Shown piece after piece: positions 47,692-56,574 of a stretch of DNA of 64,000 bases. A program made the position numbers and the translations under genes. Position 1 is the first letter of the stretch, and the number at the start of each line of letters is the position of its first letter. This stretch comes from Thermoplasmata archaeon (GTDB taxonomy: Archaea; Thermoplasmatota; Thermoplasmata; GCA-020350865), in the NCBI GenBank assembly GCA_020348445.1, contig CP070751.1, positions 2,753,413 through 2,817,412 of the forward strand, read 5' to 3'. Below the pieces are notes generated by a model that worked only from the letters and a program-made list of their open reading frames with translations, did no database searches and had not been told where the DNA came from.

Positions 47692-47961
47692 CGTTACCAT
47701 AAAATCGAGTCTTTTTAAGCTATAAAAATACAGCTGAACATTTTTCTTAGATAATTAACTATTTAATATAGTACAAATTAGGTACAAACTAAAATAACCT
47801 TATATATGATATATATTATTATGTAGCCTGGAAAGGGGGGTACGTACAGCCTAAAACTTGGATTTCGAGTTTGAGGTAAGAAGGCTGTATTGTTCGGCTC
47901 ACTTTGACCGTACCCACTGCACAAATAATTGAAATTAAGTATAAAAGGGAAGGTGAAGATC

Positions 47962-48960
47962 GTGAAAAGAATTGCATATCTGCTCATACTGATTGATAAT
48001 TATCCAGAAGAAGGGGAGAAATATTTTACAGACCAGGTACTGGATAATTTGTATGCGGACGGAGATCCTTATCGGGATTTTGTGGATGAGAAAACCGTAA
48101 TCGCTCTCAAGGAGGTGGGAGGTCAAAGTTATGACGAGGATTTGGTAGCGGCATCAACTATAAGATATTTTCTTTTAATATGGAACCACAAACCAAATCT
48201 CGAGGCTTTAACATATCAACAATTCGGTGGTGAAGGAGGTAAAGGAGTTACGATCTTGGAGTGGGGATACAAGCCAGAACCAGAAAAGCTTAATACATGC
48301 CTGCATTGCGGATCTGAAATCGAGCCGGGCGCTGCTTTTTGCGAAAACTGCAATAAACCCACCCAAGTTGAAACATTGGAGGTTTGGGCGTGTCCTTCCT
48401 GTGATGGTGTGAACCAGCCAGGGGATGAAATTTGTCAAATTTGTGGTATGGAAGGTCCCAAGCCCTCAAAAGAAATTGTAGAAGCTGATGAAGGAAGAAG
48501 TATCATAGATAAGTATATTCCTGCTTTATGGGGGGGAAACAGAGCTGATAGAATAAGAGCTGCACAGAGAATAGGTGAATCCAAGGATCCAAAGGGTGTG
48601 GAACTTCTTATTCAGGCGCTAAGGGATGAGGATAAGTATGTTCGAACTGCGGCAATGGGCTCACTTGGAATTATTGGAGATGCAGCCATAGGACCCCTGA
48701 TCCAAGCTGCAAGGGATTCAGATTGGCATGTCCGATTTGGCGCGGCAATGGCCTTGGGTATTTCAAGGGATCAAAGGGCTATTGATCCTTTAATTTCAGC
48801 TTTAAGGGATGAAGACTCTCGAGTACGAAGTGCAGCAGAATCTGCCCTGGAGCAGATGGGAAAGCCGGCCATAGAACCTTTGACACAAGTTTTGAACGAT
48901 GAGAATAAACAGGTCAGTAAAACCGCCAAAAAAGTTCTAAAGAGGATAAAAAAACGGTAG
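47962..48960 (+). CDS. Zinc-ribbon + HEAT (PBS lyase-like) repeat protein
   Basis: CLHCG..CENC, WACPSCDGVNQPGDEICQIC, repeated AIxPLIxALxDxDxxVRxxAAxALG; GTG start after a GGTGA SD (track 47929). Confidence 0.8.
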   Translation: MKRIAYLLILIDNYPEEGEKYFTDQVLDNLYADGDPYRDFVDEKTVIALKEVGGQSYDEDLVAASTIRYFLLIWNHKPNLEALTYQQFGGEGGKGVTILEWGYKPEPEKLNTCLHCGSEIEPGAAFCENCNKPTQVETLEVWACPSCDGVNQPGDEICQICGMEGPKPSKEIVEADEGRSIIDKYIPALWGGNRADRIRAAQRIGESKDPKGVELLIQALRDEDKYVRTAAMGSLGIIGDAAIGPLIQAARDSDWHVRFGAAMALGISRDQRAIDPLISALRDEDSRVRSAAESALEQMGKPAIEPLTQVLNDENKQVSKTAKKVLKRIKKR

Positions 48961-49140
48961 GTAAATGAAGAACGGAATAAAAATTGGTGGTAAATCGAAA
49001 TTCTATTCTTATTTATCAGAGGCTGATATCCTAAAAAATAAAAAACCCAAAAAACCCACCAAAAACTTTATTATAAGGCAGACTCTATACAATAATTGAA
49101 AGTTTCATTCTCAATTCCACCTCAACGGGGTGTGAGGCTG

Positions 49141-51567
49141 ATGAACAAAAGTGGCGTCTCATTGTTGATTATTATAATGGTAATATTTCCGTTGCTGGGA
49201 AGCTCAGGCGACATCTTTGCAGATACTCCCAGATCTGAGGTTTTGGATTCGGGCCTTTTAGCAAGGCTGAATCGCGCCGGTCCAGATGATACTCTAGAGG
49301 TTATAATCCAATTCAGAAACGAGGTTTCCACCGATGACCTCAATCTCCTTTCTGCCCTGAATTTCGATGTTGGAAGGACTTTCTCCGTAATACCTGCTGT
49401 CTATGCCATTGGTACCAAAAATTCCATTGTAAGATTGAGCCATTACAAAAGAACGTCTCATATCGAATTCAACGAGCCACTTGAGTTGCTCATGGACGAG
49501 TCCACGAGTACAATAAACGCGACAAAAGTATGGGCCTCGCAGATCATCGATTCAAGGAACAGGACAAAGATGGATTATGACGACCTGCCCTTGCATATAG
49601 ACGGCACCGGAATAACAATCGTTGTTTTGGATTCAGGGGTGGATGCAGGGCATCCAGACTTGGATTATGGAGAGAAGACCCTAAGGAACCTCAAATCTGA
49701 TATGGACGGCAGTTACACAGAAGCCGAGAATACCGACACTTCTAGCGGTCACGGCACCCACTGCGCAGGTACAATCGCTGGAAACGGTGACGCCTCTGGA
49801 GGAGCCAGAAAAGGAGTTGCACCTGCTGCCAATCTGATAGGTATAAGCACAGGCGAGGCCGTGGCCATCCTAAATGCCCTGGGTGCACTGGAATGGGTGT
49901 ACGAAAATTCCCGACCCAACGCCAACCCTTTCAACATCAGGGGAGTTTCCAACAGCTGGGGTTCATCTGGGGAATACAACGCCGATAACTCCATAAACCA
50001 GGTGACAAGAAGAATCGTAAATGACAACAACGTGGGAGTTATCTTCGCTGCAGGAAATGCAGGTGCAGAGAACCATGACGGCAGCACAGTTACAACCAAT
50101 CCTTACTCCCTGGAGCCCTCTGTAATCAGCGTAGCGGCAATGGAGAGAGACGGAAGTGGAGTCGCCAGTTTCAGTTCAAGGGGGGCAGCAAACGACAATT
50201 TCACTTGGCCTGACATCGGAGCCCCTGGTGTGCATATCTGGGCAACTGAGGCGAGAAAGACCTTGATTTCGGCCATGAGAAAGCAGGATCCCAGTGATGC
50301 GCAGGATGGTTACTATATGAGTATAAGCGGGACCTCCATGGCCACACCACACGTCTCGGGTCTTGTGGCTCTTTTATTTCAGGCTGCCCCAAGCCTTGCA
50401 GTATCAGAGATACCAGATGATTACCAGGGTGAAGAAAGCGAGTACTGGGGTAATCCTGACTATACCATGCATGAGGTAGAGCTGATTATGAAATTGACGG
50501 CAAATTATGTACCTCCTAGTGGGGAGGACAACGGAGTGCCTTCAAACTTCAGTATAGGTTTGAACAACCAGCCTTACGATTTTGCCCAGGGTTATGGTAT
50601 AATCGATGCTGAATCCGCAGTTGCCTTGGCATTGACTTTGGAGGAATTGAGAAGGGGAGATCCAGATACCACGGTCATGGATGCTTATCTTTGGTACCAC
50701 AATATAACCACTAACGGTACAACCTCTGCAGAGACCAATGTACTTGCCACAAGCTGGTCAGGGGACTGGAGCCAGTTCACGGACCCTGAAAACCTTATGA
50801 GTTCATTTACTACAACACATCCAAGAGGTGTATATGTTCACGATAAAACCAGCAGAATAATTGTTACACTGGCATATGATCCCATTAGCACTTCGGATAT
50901 GTACTCATGCACACTCACACTTGTTATCGACTATGATGGTGACGGGAGCATTGATTGGAGGGGTGATTCAAGCTTCTCCACAGAGGGATTGAAGATAGAA
51001 GAGATAGATGTGGGTGGAGGTGGCGGGACGACAGGACAGTACTGGGAGTTCAACGTGGAGGGTAGGGCCCTATGGTCACCCACGCCCAAGGGCTTTGGGG
51101 CTGGGGAGAATGAGTTCAACGAGGCCCTTGTAGAATATACAGTGAGTGTACAGATGATATTTGATATGTCTGGGAATGAGACCATATTGTACGATTCTGG
51201 TGACCTTCATGCAAAAATCGCTCAGCCAGAGTTCGGTGAACCTACACCAGAGTACAGCGGTAACGGCTCAATCGAGATGAGAACATACTTTTATGACCTA
51301 ACCAAGGTTTATCCAAAGGAGGCCCCGCCGCCAAAAGAGTCCGAGGAATTCGAGTTTCCATGGTGGATTTTAGCATTGGCTGTCATTTTAGCTGGTTTGC
51401 TTGGATACTATTTATGGCAGAAGAAAAAGGCACCCAAGGAAGATACTGTATCATCCACTCCTATGGAGCCCGAAACTGGACAACCTGAACCTCAACTAAC
51501 AGGAGAGATCGTGGAGGCCGAGGTCGTATCCGAGCCCCTTTCGGAACCCACAACTTCTGAATCGTAA
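49141..51567 (+). CDS. Membrane-anchored subtilisin-like serine peptidase (S8)
   Basis: Signal and prodomain, VLDSG, HGTHCAG, FAAGN, GTSMATPHVSG, C-terminal TM helix. Confidence 0.92.
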   Translation: MNKSGVSLLIIIMVIFPLLGSSGDIFADTPRSEVLDSGLLARLNRAGPDDTLEVIIQFRNEVSTDDLNLLSALNFDVGRTFSVIPAVYAIGTKNSIVRLSHYKRTSHIEFNEPLELLMDESTSTINATKVWASQIIDSRNRTKMDYDDLPLHIDGTGITIVVLDSGVDAGHPDLDYGEKTLRNLKSDMDGSYTEAENTDTSSGHGTHCAGTIAGNGDASGGARKGVAPAANLIGISTGEAVAILNALGALEWVYENSRPNANPFNIRGVSNSWGSSGEYNADNSINQVTRRIVNDNNVGVIFAAGNAGAENHDGSTVTTNPYSLEPSVISVAAMERDGSGVASFSSRGAANDNFTWPDIGAPGVHIWATEARKTLISAMRKQDPSDAQDGYYMSISGTSMATPHVSGLVALLFQAAPSLAVSEIPDDYQGEESEYWGNPDYTMHEVELIMKLTANYVPPSGEDNGVPSNFSIGLNNQPYDFAQGYGIIDAESAVALALTLEELRRGDPDTTVMDAYLWYHNITTNGTTSAETNVLATSWSGDWSQFTDPENLMSSFTTTHPRGVYVHDKTSRIIVTLAYDPISTSDMYSCTLTLVIDYDGDGSIDWRGDSSFSTEGLKIEEIDVGGGGGTTGQYWEFNVEGRALWSPTPKGFGAGENEFNEALVEYTVSVQMIFDMSGNETILYDSGDLHAKIAQPEFGEPTPEYSGNGSIEMRTYFYDLTKVYPKEAPPPKESEEFEFPWWILALAVILAGLLGYYLWQKKKAPKEDTVSSTPMEPETGQPEPQLTGEIVEAEVVSEPLSEPTTSES

Positions 51568-51792
51568 ATTATTATCGAATCGCAATCACCCTTTTTTTTG
51601 CTCGAATTCGAGGATTTGGGTTATTTTCCGAAATATCCTGCCCTAAATCTGCAGAAATGCTCATATAGAGCTTTTGAGCGCAAATCCTATTTTATCTCAT
51701 TTATTAAAAGAAAATTTTATCAACCTAAATCCCCTTACTCTTATCATCAGTGCTTCGAGGGCAAGGCGCTGGGCAAAGAATTGGTGACAACC

Positions 51793-52140
51793 ATGGAGGA
51801 CATAAAGGCATTGAAGATGCTTTTAAGGCGAATAAAGGGTCTAGACTCTGTATCAGACGCCTTGCTCATGACAAAAACCGGGATGTTCGTTTTAGGCAGC
51901 ATGAGAAGAAGCAGAAAACTGGAGAGATTCATGGGTATGGTGGCTATACTTGCTGGCTCAGCTGAGGCGACTTCCTTAGAATTCGACGATCCATTAAAAG
52001 GTGTAATTGTAAGCACCAAGAATTCCAAGATCGCGGTTTTGGTTCTAACAGAAAATATTCTTCTTGTTGTGACGTTTCTCGGTAAAAAGGACGACAGGAA
52101 AATCTTTGATGAGCTGTCGAAGGTTTTTTCCCCAGAGTAG
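51793..52140 (+). CDS. Roadblock/LC7 domain protein
   Basis: LLMTKTGMFVLGS..FMGMVAILAGSAE..VIVSTKNSKIAVL..ILLVV; GGTGA SD before ATG 51793 (track 51598 is over-extended). Confidence 0.8.
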   Translation: MEDIKALKMLLRRIKGLDSVSDALLMTKTGMFVLGSMRRSRKLERFMGMVAILAGSAEATSLEFDDPLKGVIVSTKNSKIAVLVLTENILLVVTFLGKKDDRKIFDELSKVFSPE

Positions 52141-52219
52141 GGGGGCTCACACATAATTTAAAGGTATGTGATTAATATTCTTTAATGTAGATGGTAGGTC
52201 ATATCAGGGGCATAGGATC

Positions 52220-52945
52220 ATGAATCTGGGGCAACTTGACGATCTCACATACATGTTCGGGAACCTTTGGGATGAACATTTTAAAAAAAGAAAAGAATCC
52301 ACCAGAATTAAGGCGGAGTTCTACCCATATACATCGCTGAAGAGCACCATCCGAAGGCGGGAAAATTTGGTGTTCATTAGAATCAGCGATATGCTGAAGG
52401 ATGCTCCTTTGGAGGTGATCTGTGCTCTTGGGGTAATCCTGTTTTGTAAATTGGAGAGAAGGCCTCCGCCTAAAAAAGAGGCCAAAATGTACAAGGACTA
52501 TGCAAACTCCAAGAAAATGCAAAACCGTATAAGTAAGTTCAGGAAAATCAGGGGAAAAAAGGTATATTTGGGCCCTAAAGGGGAAGTATATGACCTCAAA
52601 GAAAGCTTTGATCGTGTGAACCGTAAATACTTCAAAGAAAAACTAAAGGCGCCGAGTCTAACATGGAGTCTCAGAAAGACGAAAACCAGATTTGGTCATC
52701 ACGATGATGTGTTCAACACGATAGTTATCAGCCGAACCTTGGACAACAAAAGATTGCCATCGTACCTGTTGGATTATGTAATGTACCATGAGATGCTCCA
52801 TATGAAGCACGAAAGGAGCTACAAAAACGGAAGACGTAGCATGCACACAAAAGTATTCAAAGAAGACGAGAAAAAATTCCATAATTATAAAAAGGCAAAG
52901 GCGCTTCTTAAAGAAATATCTGGCAGATCGCATTATTTGGATTGA
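52220..52945 (+). CDS. SprT/YgjP-like zinc metallopeptidase domain protein
   Basis: FDRVNRKYF, IVISRTLD, LDYVMYHEMLH, HTKVFKEDEKKF. Confidence 0.75.
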   Translation: MNLGQLDDLTYMFGNLWDEHFKKRKESTRIKAEFYPYTSLKSTIRRRENLVFIRISDMLKDAPLEVICALGVILFCKLERRPPPKKEAKMYKDYANSKKMQNRISKFRKIRGKKVYLGPKGEVYDLKESFDRVNRKYFKEKLKAPSLTWSLRKTKTRFGHHDDVFNTIVISRTLDNKRLPSYLLDYVMYHEMLHMKHERSYKNGRRSMHTKVFKEDEKKFHNYKKAKALLKEISGRSHYLD

Positions 52946-52974
52946 TCATGATAAGGTTGTCCCCAAAGGACAGA

Positions 52975-53139
52975 TTAATCCTTTATTTTCTCGAACCATT
53001 TCTTTTTAGCCCCGCATTCAGGACATCTGAAGCTCTCACTTATGTTTTCAAATGGTGTCCCTGGATCGATACCTTGATCTGGGAGTCCAGCCTCTGGGTC
53101 ATATATCCATCCGCAAATTGTACATTTGTATTTAGTCAT
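52975..53139 (-). CDS. Rubredoxin, 54 aa (not in ORF track)
   Basis: My translation: MTKYKCTICGWIYDPEAGLPDQGIDPGTPFENISESFRCPECGAKKKWFEKIKD; classic CxxCG..YDP..PGTPF..CPxCG. Confidence 0.93.
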   Translation of the reverse strand: MTKYKCTICGWIYDPEAGLPDQGIDPGTPFENISESFRCPECGAKKKWFEKIKD

Positions 53140-53147
53140 CTAAATCC

Positions 53148-54443
53148 TCAAGAATATCTCTTAAGAGGCTTTGAAAGATGTCTTCTTGCACAGACAGGCA
53201 CCTCATAGAATCCTTTTTTCATATCTCTTTTTACTTTCTCTAATTTTACATCTTCCTCTTTTACTTTAGCTCCGCATTTTATGCATCTGTAACCTGCGCC
53301 CCTTCCTATGGACTTCATCCTTTTTTTACATTTTTTGCAAACCGGATTTCCCACTTTTTCATATACATCAATCAGTTTTTTAATTTGTATCTTTTCTATA
53401 TTTATGGTCAATGGATATTCCCGCACTCCTCCATATACTGTGATCAAATCCCCAGGCTCCAGGGAGCGAATTAAAGTGCGGAACTCCTTTGTTGGTTCGT
53501 AGGCAGCACAGTCCATGGTTCCCCTATTTTTGATTTTGAATATGACATGTCCGCCTTCAATTGTCCTGGGTTTAGAACCTACCATACCAGAGGTTACAAC
53601 TGAGCTGTACTTGGAGATTTTACCAAGTGTCTTCTTATGCAAATGCTCGTCTGTTCCCTGGTTTGTCTCAAATAAGATCCATCTGTCCTTTTTTTCTGAT
53701 TTTATACTGTCCTTAGCCTTTAAAAGATCTCTTGGTTTATCTCCTCTTATACCGAATAAAACCGGGCATGGACTATTGGGTGTAATTGCCACAACCTTGT
53801 TGTGCATATCGTAGTTGTTGAAGGTCGAAGGGAACTTGCGGTCCATCTCAATTACTGAATGAGTATCAACCCTCCTTTTTGTTCCCCATCTATTTTTTTC
53901 CCTGTAAACTATGACTTCATAGGTTCTGTCCCTGGGATGCCATGAGATTGCAGATGTGGCACCAATAAGGCCCCTTTGGTTCTTGTACCCTTTGTAGCTT
54001 GCGTTGCCCATTTTCAATATATTTTTCACATCCTTTAGATTCACAACCTCCCGAACTGCCTTCCAGTATAGACCTGGGGTTGGCTTTTTTTCCATGACCA
54101 CAAATGCGGGATTCGTGTTTTTATCTGAAAACTGTGCATGTTCTTCCATAATCCTTTCGATTCTTTTTTTTACATTTGGAATTGCAACACTTCTTCCCCT
54201 GAGATAACCAAAATAATCCTTTTCCTCTATGTTTCCAATCAAGAACCTTTTTCCATTACCCTTTCCAAGCCTTACTGCAATGGCCCCGTTTCCCCTAGTC
54301 TTCCAAGGAATATTTGGATTCAGCCTCACCAGTCTAGGATAGCCTATGACATCATATTCTGCAAATTCTGTTATAAGTTCTGATGCCAAATACGTGGTGC
54401 ACATTGCAGAAACTGAATCAGTGTCGTCTATTCCGATATATAT
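53148..54443 (-). CDS. tiaS: tRNA(Ile2) 2-agmatinylcytidine synthetase
   Basis: IYIGIDDTD (upstream of the track start 54404), MCTTYLA, PRLVRLNPNIPWKTRGNGA, PCPVLFGIRG, TNQGTDEH, AAYEPT, C-terminal zinc ribbon; start appears to be ATA. Confidence 0.93.
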   Translation of the reverse strand: MYIGIDDTDSVSAMCTTYLASELITEFAEYDVIGYPRLVRLNPNIPWKTRGNGAIAVRLGKGNGKRFLIGNIEEKDYFGYLRGRSVAIPNVKKRIERIMEEHAQFSDKNTNPAFVVMEKKPTPGLYWKAVREVVNLKDVKNILKMGNASYKGYKNQRGLIGATSAISWHPRDRTYEVIVYREKNRWGTKRRVDTHSVIEMDRKFPSTFNNYDMHNKVVAITPNSPCPVLFGIRGDKPRDLLKAKDSIKSEKKDRWILFETNQGTDEHLHKKTLGKISKYSSVVTSGMVGSKPRTIEGGHVIFKIKNRGTMDCAAYEPTKEFRTLIRSLEPGDLITVYGGVREYPLTINIEKIQIKKLIDVYEKVGNPVCKKCKKRMKSIGRGAGYRCIKCGAKVKEEDVKLEKVKRDMKKGFYEVPVCARRHLSKPLKRYS

Positions 54444-54523
54444 GGAAAAACCTCCTCCTCTACATTTTAATTAGGTGGAACTTTTCCCCAAATCGCCTTC
54501 TTTGCCCAGTTGAAATTGATACT

Positions 54524-54724
54524 CTACTTCCATGACTCAAGGAAATTCTCAAGCGATCTGTCGTACGTTCTCTCTCCCTCAGGAGGAAACAGACATCCTG
54601 GAAGACCGCCTCTATTTTTATGATATTTTATGCACTCGCAGCACTTTCCTTTTCTTTCACAGGGCTCGTATGTGCAGCCGCAGTCAGCCTTGTTTGCCTC
54701 TATATTGCATTCCAAATTCCACAC
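54524..54724 (-). CDS. Small Cys-rich protein (DUF6485-like)
   Basis: CGCTYEPCERKGKCCECIKYH..LPGCLFP..ERTYDRS; GGGAGGT SD. Confidence 0.75.
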   Translation of the reverse strand: MWNLECNIEANKADCGCTYEPCERKGKCCECIKYHKNRGGLPGCLFPPEGERTYDRSLENFLESWK

Positions 54725-54791
54725 CTCCCAGCCTGTTGATTTCTTTTAAGGGTAATGGACTTTAGGATATAATTGTTATGCCGATTTTCTT

Positions 54792-55976
54792 CTAAAAAGA
54801 GTGCCTCCTGTATACGGTATAAGCATCTCCTTCCCAAAAGAAGGTCCTGAAAAACATCCTCACAACCAAATAGAAAATCATCATGGTCGTGATGCTAATT
54901 GGTGCAAGCACGTAATAAAAAGACATACCTCTCTCCTCAATTATTTGACCCACCATATATCTGTATACCACGCAATAAACGTATCCTGCCGCCAAAATAC
55001 CCAAGGCTAGAATCCAAAAGAATCCAAAAAGGTAGATTATAATCCCTAAAATCAGCGCCACCTGAAATTGAAGGTTCTTTGCCACCATGGCAGGTACCTG
55101 GCTCCTTAATTTGTTATGTCCAAAAGAAGATATTGTTATAACCCAACGAACCATTTTATCTTTAGTCTGTGAAAAACTTGAAAAAGCCTCATTGGGATGG
55201 TTCAAATTGGCAAGTTGGCTATAGATATAATACCCAGAGTCAACCACGGCATCTGCTAAAATCAGATCATCATTGAACGCAGTGCCCCAGATTTTCGCAA
55301 TTTCCAGTTCATCGAACAGATTCCTTGAAATGGCAATTGAAGCCCCGGAGGCAAAGGGAGGAAACATCTGCTCTTTTAAGGTAAAGTTTGCAGTGAATGT
55401 AACAAGAGACACGGACTGGGCAATGAACTTCCCTGAAAAACCCTCTGGCTCTATGAAAAACGGTGAAGTTACGGCATCTATTTGCTTTCCATTTACAATC
55501 TCACCCAAAGGGGAGGTCATTTTGAAGATCCAATCTTCTGAGTAATTCACATCCGAATCCCCGAAAAGAAGCACCGCTCCTTTTGCATAAGCTGCCCCAT
55601 AAATCAGGTTGTGGCACTTGGCTATGTTCTTTTTGGGATCGTGCTCCCCTGATAAAACAACTTTTACATTTGGATATCTTCTAGTAAGTTCCCTGGCAAT
55701 GCGAAATGCGGAATGTGTTTTCTTCTCGGCAACGAAAATAACCTCGAAGTCGGGGTATTTCTGTCTGCATACTGATTTGAGATTCTTGTAAGTAGTCTTA
55801 TCCCTCTCCCTTATCGGGATGATCACAGAGATAGAGATATCTTTTTTTAGGAATTTCCGCAAGTTAGCTTTCCTTTTTACACGAAAAGCAACAAGAATCT
55901 GCCTAGAACCTACGAAAAAATATATTGAAAGTGCAATCAAGATAAGAGCTTCGAAGAGCATTTTCGCAATCACCAA
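54792..55976 (-). CDS. Membrane glycosyltransferase family 2 (ceramide glucosyltransferase-like)
   Basis: N-terminal TM, ISVIIP, FEVIFV, LLFGDSD, FNDDL, C-terminal TM helices. Confidence 0.8.
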   Translation of the reverse strand: MVIAKMLFEALILIALSIYFFVGSRQILVAFRVKRKANLRKFLKKDISISVIIPIRERDKTTYKNLKSVCRQKYPDFEVIFVAEKKTHSAFRIARELTRRYPNVKVVLSGEHDPKKNIAKCHNLIYGAAYAKGAVLLFGDSDVNYSEDWIFKMTSPLGEIVNGKQIDAVTSPFFIEPEGFSGKFIAQSVSLVTFTANFTLKEQMFPPFASGASIAISRNLFDELEIAKIWGTAFNDDLILADAVVDSGYYIYSQLANLNHPNEAFSSFSQTKDKMVRWVITISSFGHNKLRSQVPAMVAKNLQFQVALILGIIIYLFGFFWILALGILAAGYVYCVVYRYMVGQIIEERGMSFYYVLAPISITTMMIFYLVVRMFFRTFFWEGDAYTVYRRHSF

Positions 55977-56163
55977 TGCTTTTTACCATAATCAAAGCAA
56001 AGCATAAAACGGTTTACATTACACACCTTAAAATGGATTCTCGAATTTGGCTATTGCATTTTACACTCCGTCAGATCTAAGGTATCCTTTAATGGTCGGG
56101 TCAATACCTTCAAATACTATAATCAATATTCTCGGTTCCAGATACGTTATAAGGAGTATGAGA

Positions 56164-56484
56164 ATGTCAGCAAATACCATCGAAGTAACTGATTCTACAT
56201 TCAGCGATATAGTTCAGGGTGGCTCCCTTGTGGTTGTGGACTGCTGGGCTCCTTGGTGCGGGCCCTGCAGGATGATAGCCCCGGTGATAGACGAGTTATC
56301 CCAGGAGTATACAGATGTGAAGTTTGGAAAGCTCAATACAGATGAAAACATGGAGATTTCCAGGAAATTCCAGATAATGGCAATTCCAACCTTACTCTTC
56401 TTCAAAAATGGCGAGCTTGTGGAACGTGTAACAGGTGTCGTGCCAAAGGGACACATCGCGGACTTGGTAAAAAAACACAAATAG
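56164..56484 (+). CDS. trxA: Thioredoxin
   Basis: DCWAPWCGPCRMIAP, KLNTDEN, IMAIPTLLFFKNG; AAGGAG SD (track 56047 is over-extended). Confidence 0.95.
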   Translation: MSANTIEVTDSTFSDIVQGGSLVVVDCWAPWCGPCRMIAPVIDELSQEYTDVKFGKLNTDENMEISRKFQIMAIPTLLFFKNGELVERVTGVVPKGHIADLVKKHK

Positions 56485-56574
56485 GATGGGAATCCCATCA
56501 CTGGATAATTCCGTAAAGCCTTAGGTTATACGGAAACGCTATCTGCTAATAAGCCCTTGTAGTTACGCGAGGAT

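Noticed and set aside
52942-53208. Track ORF of 88 aa on the + strand
   Set aside because: Antisense shadow of the rubredoxin gene.
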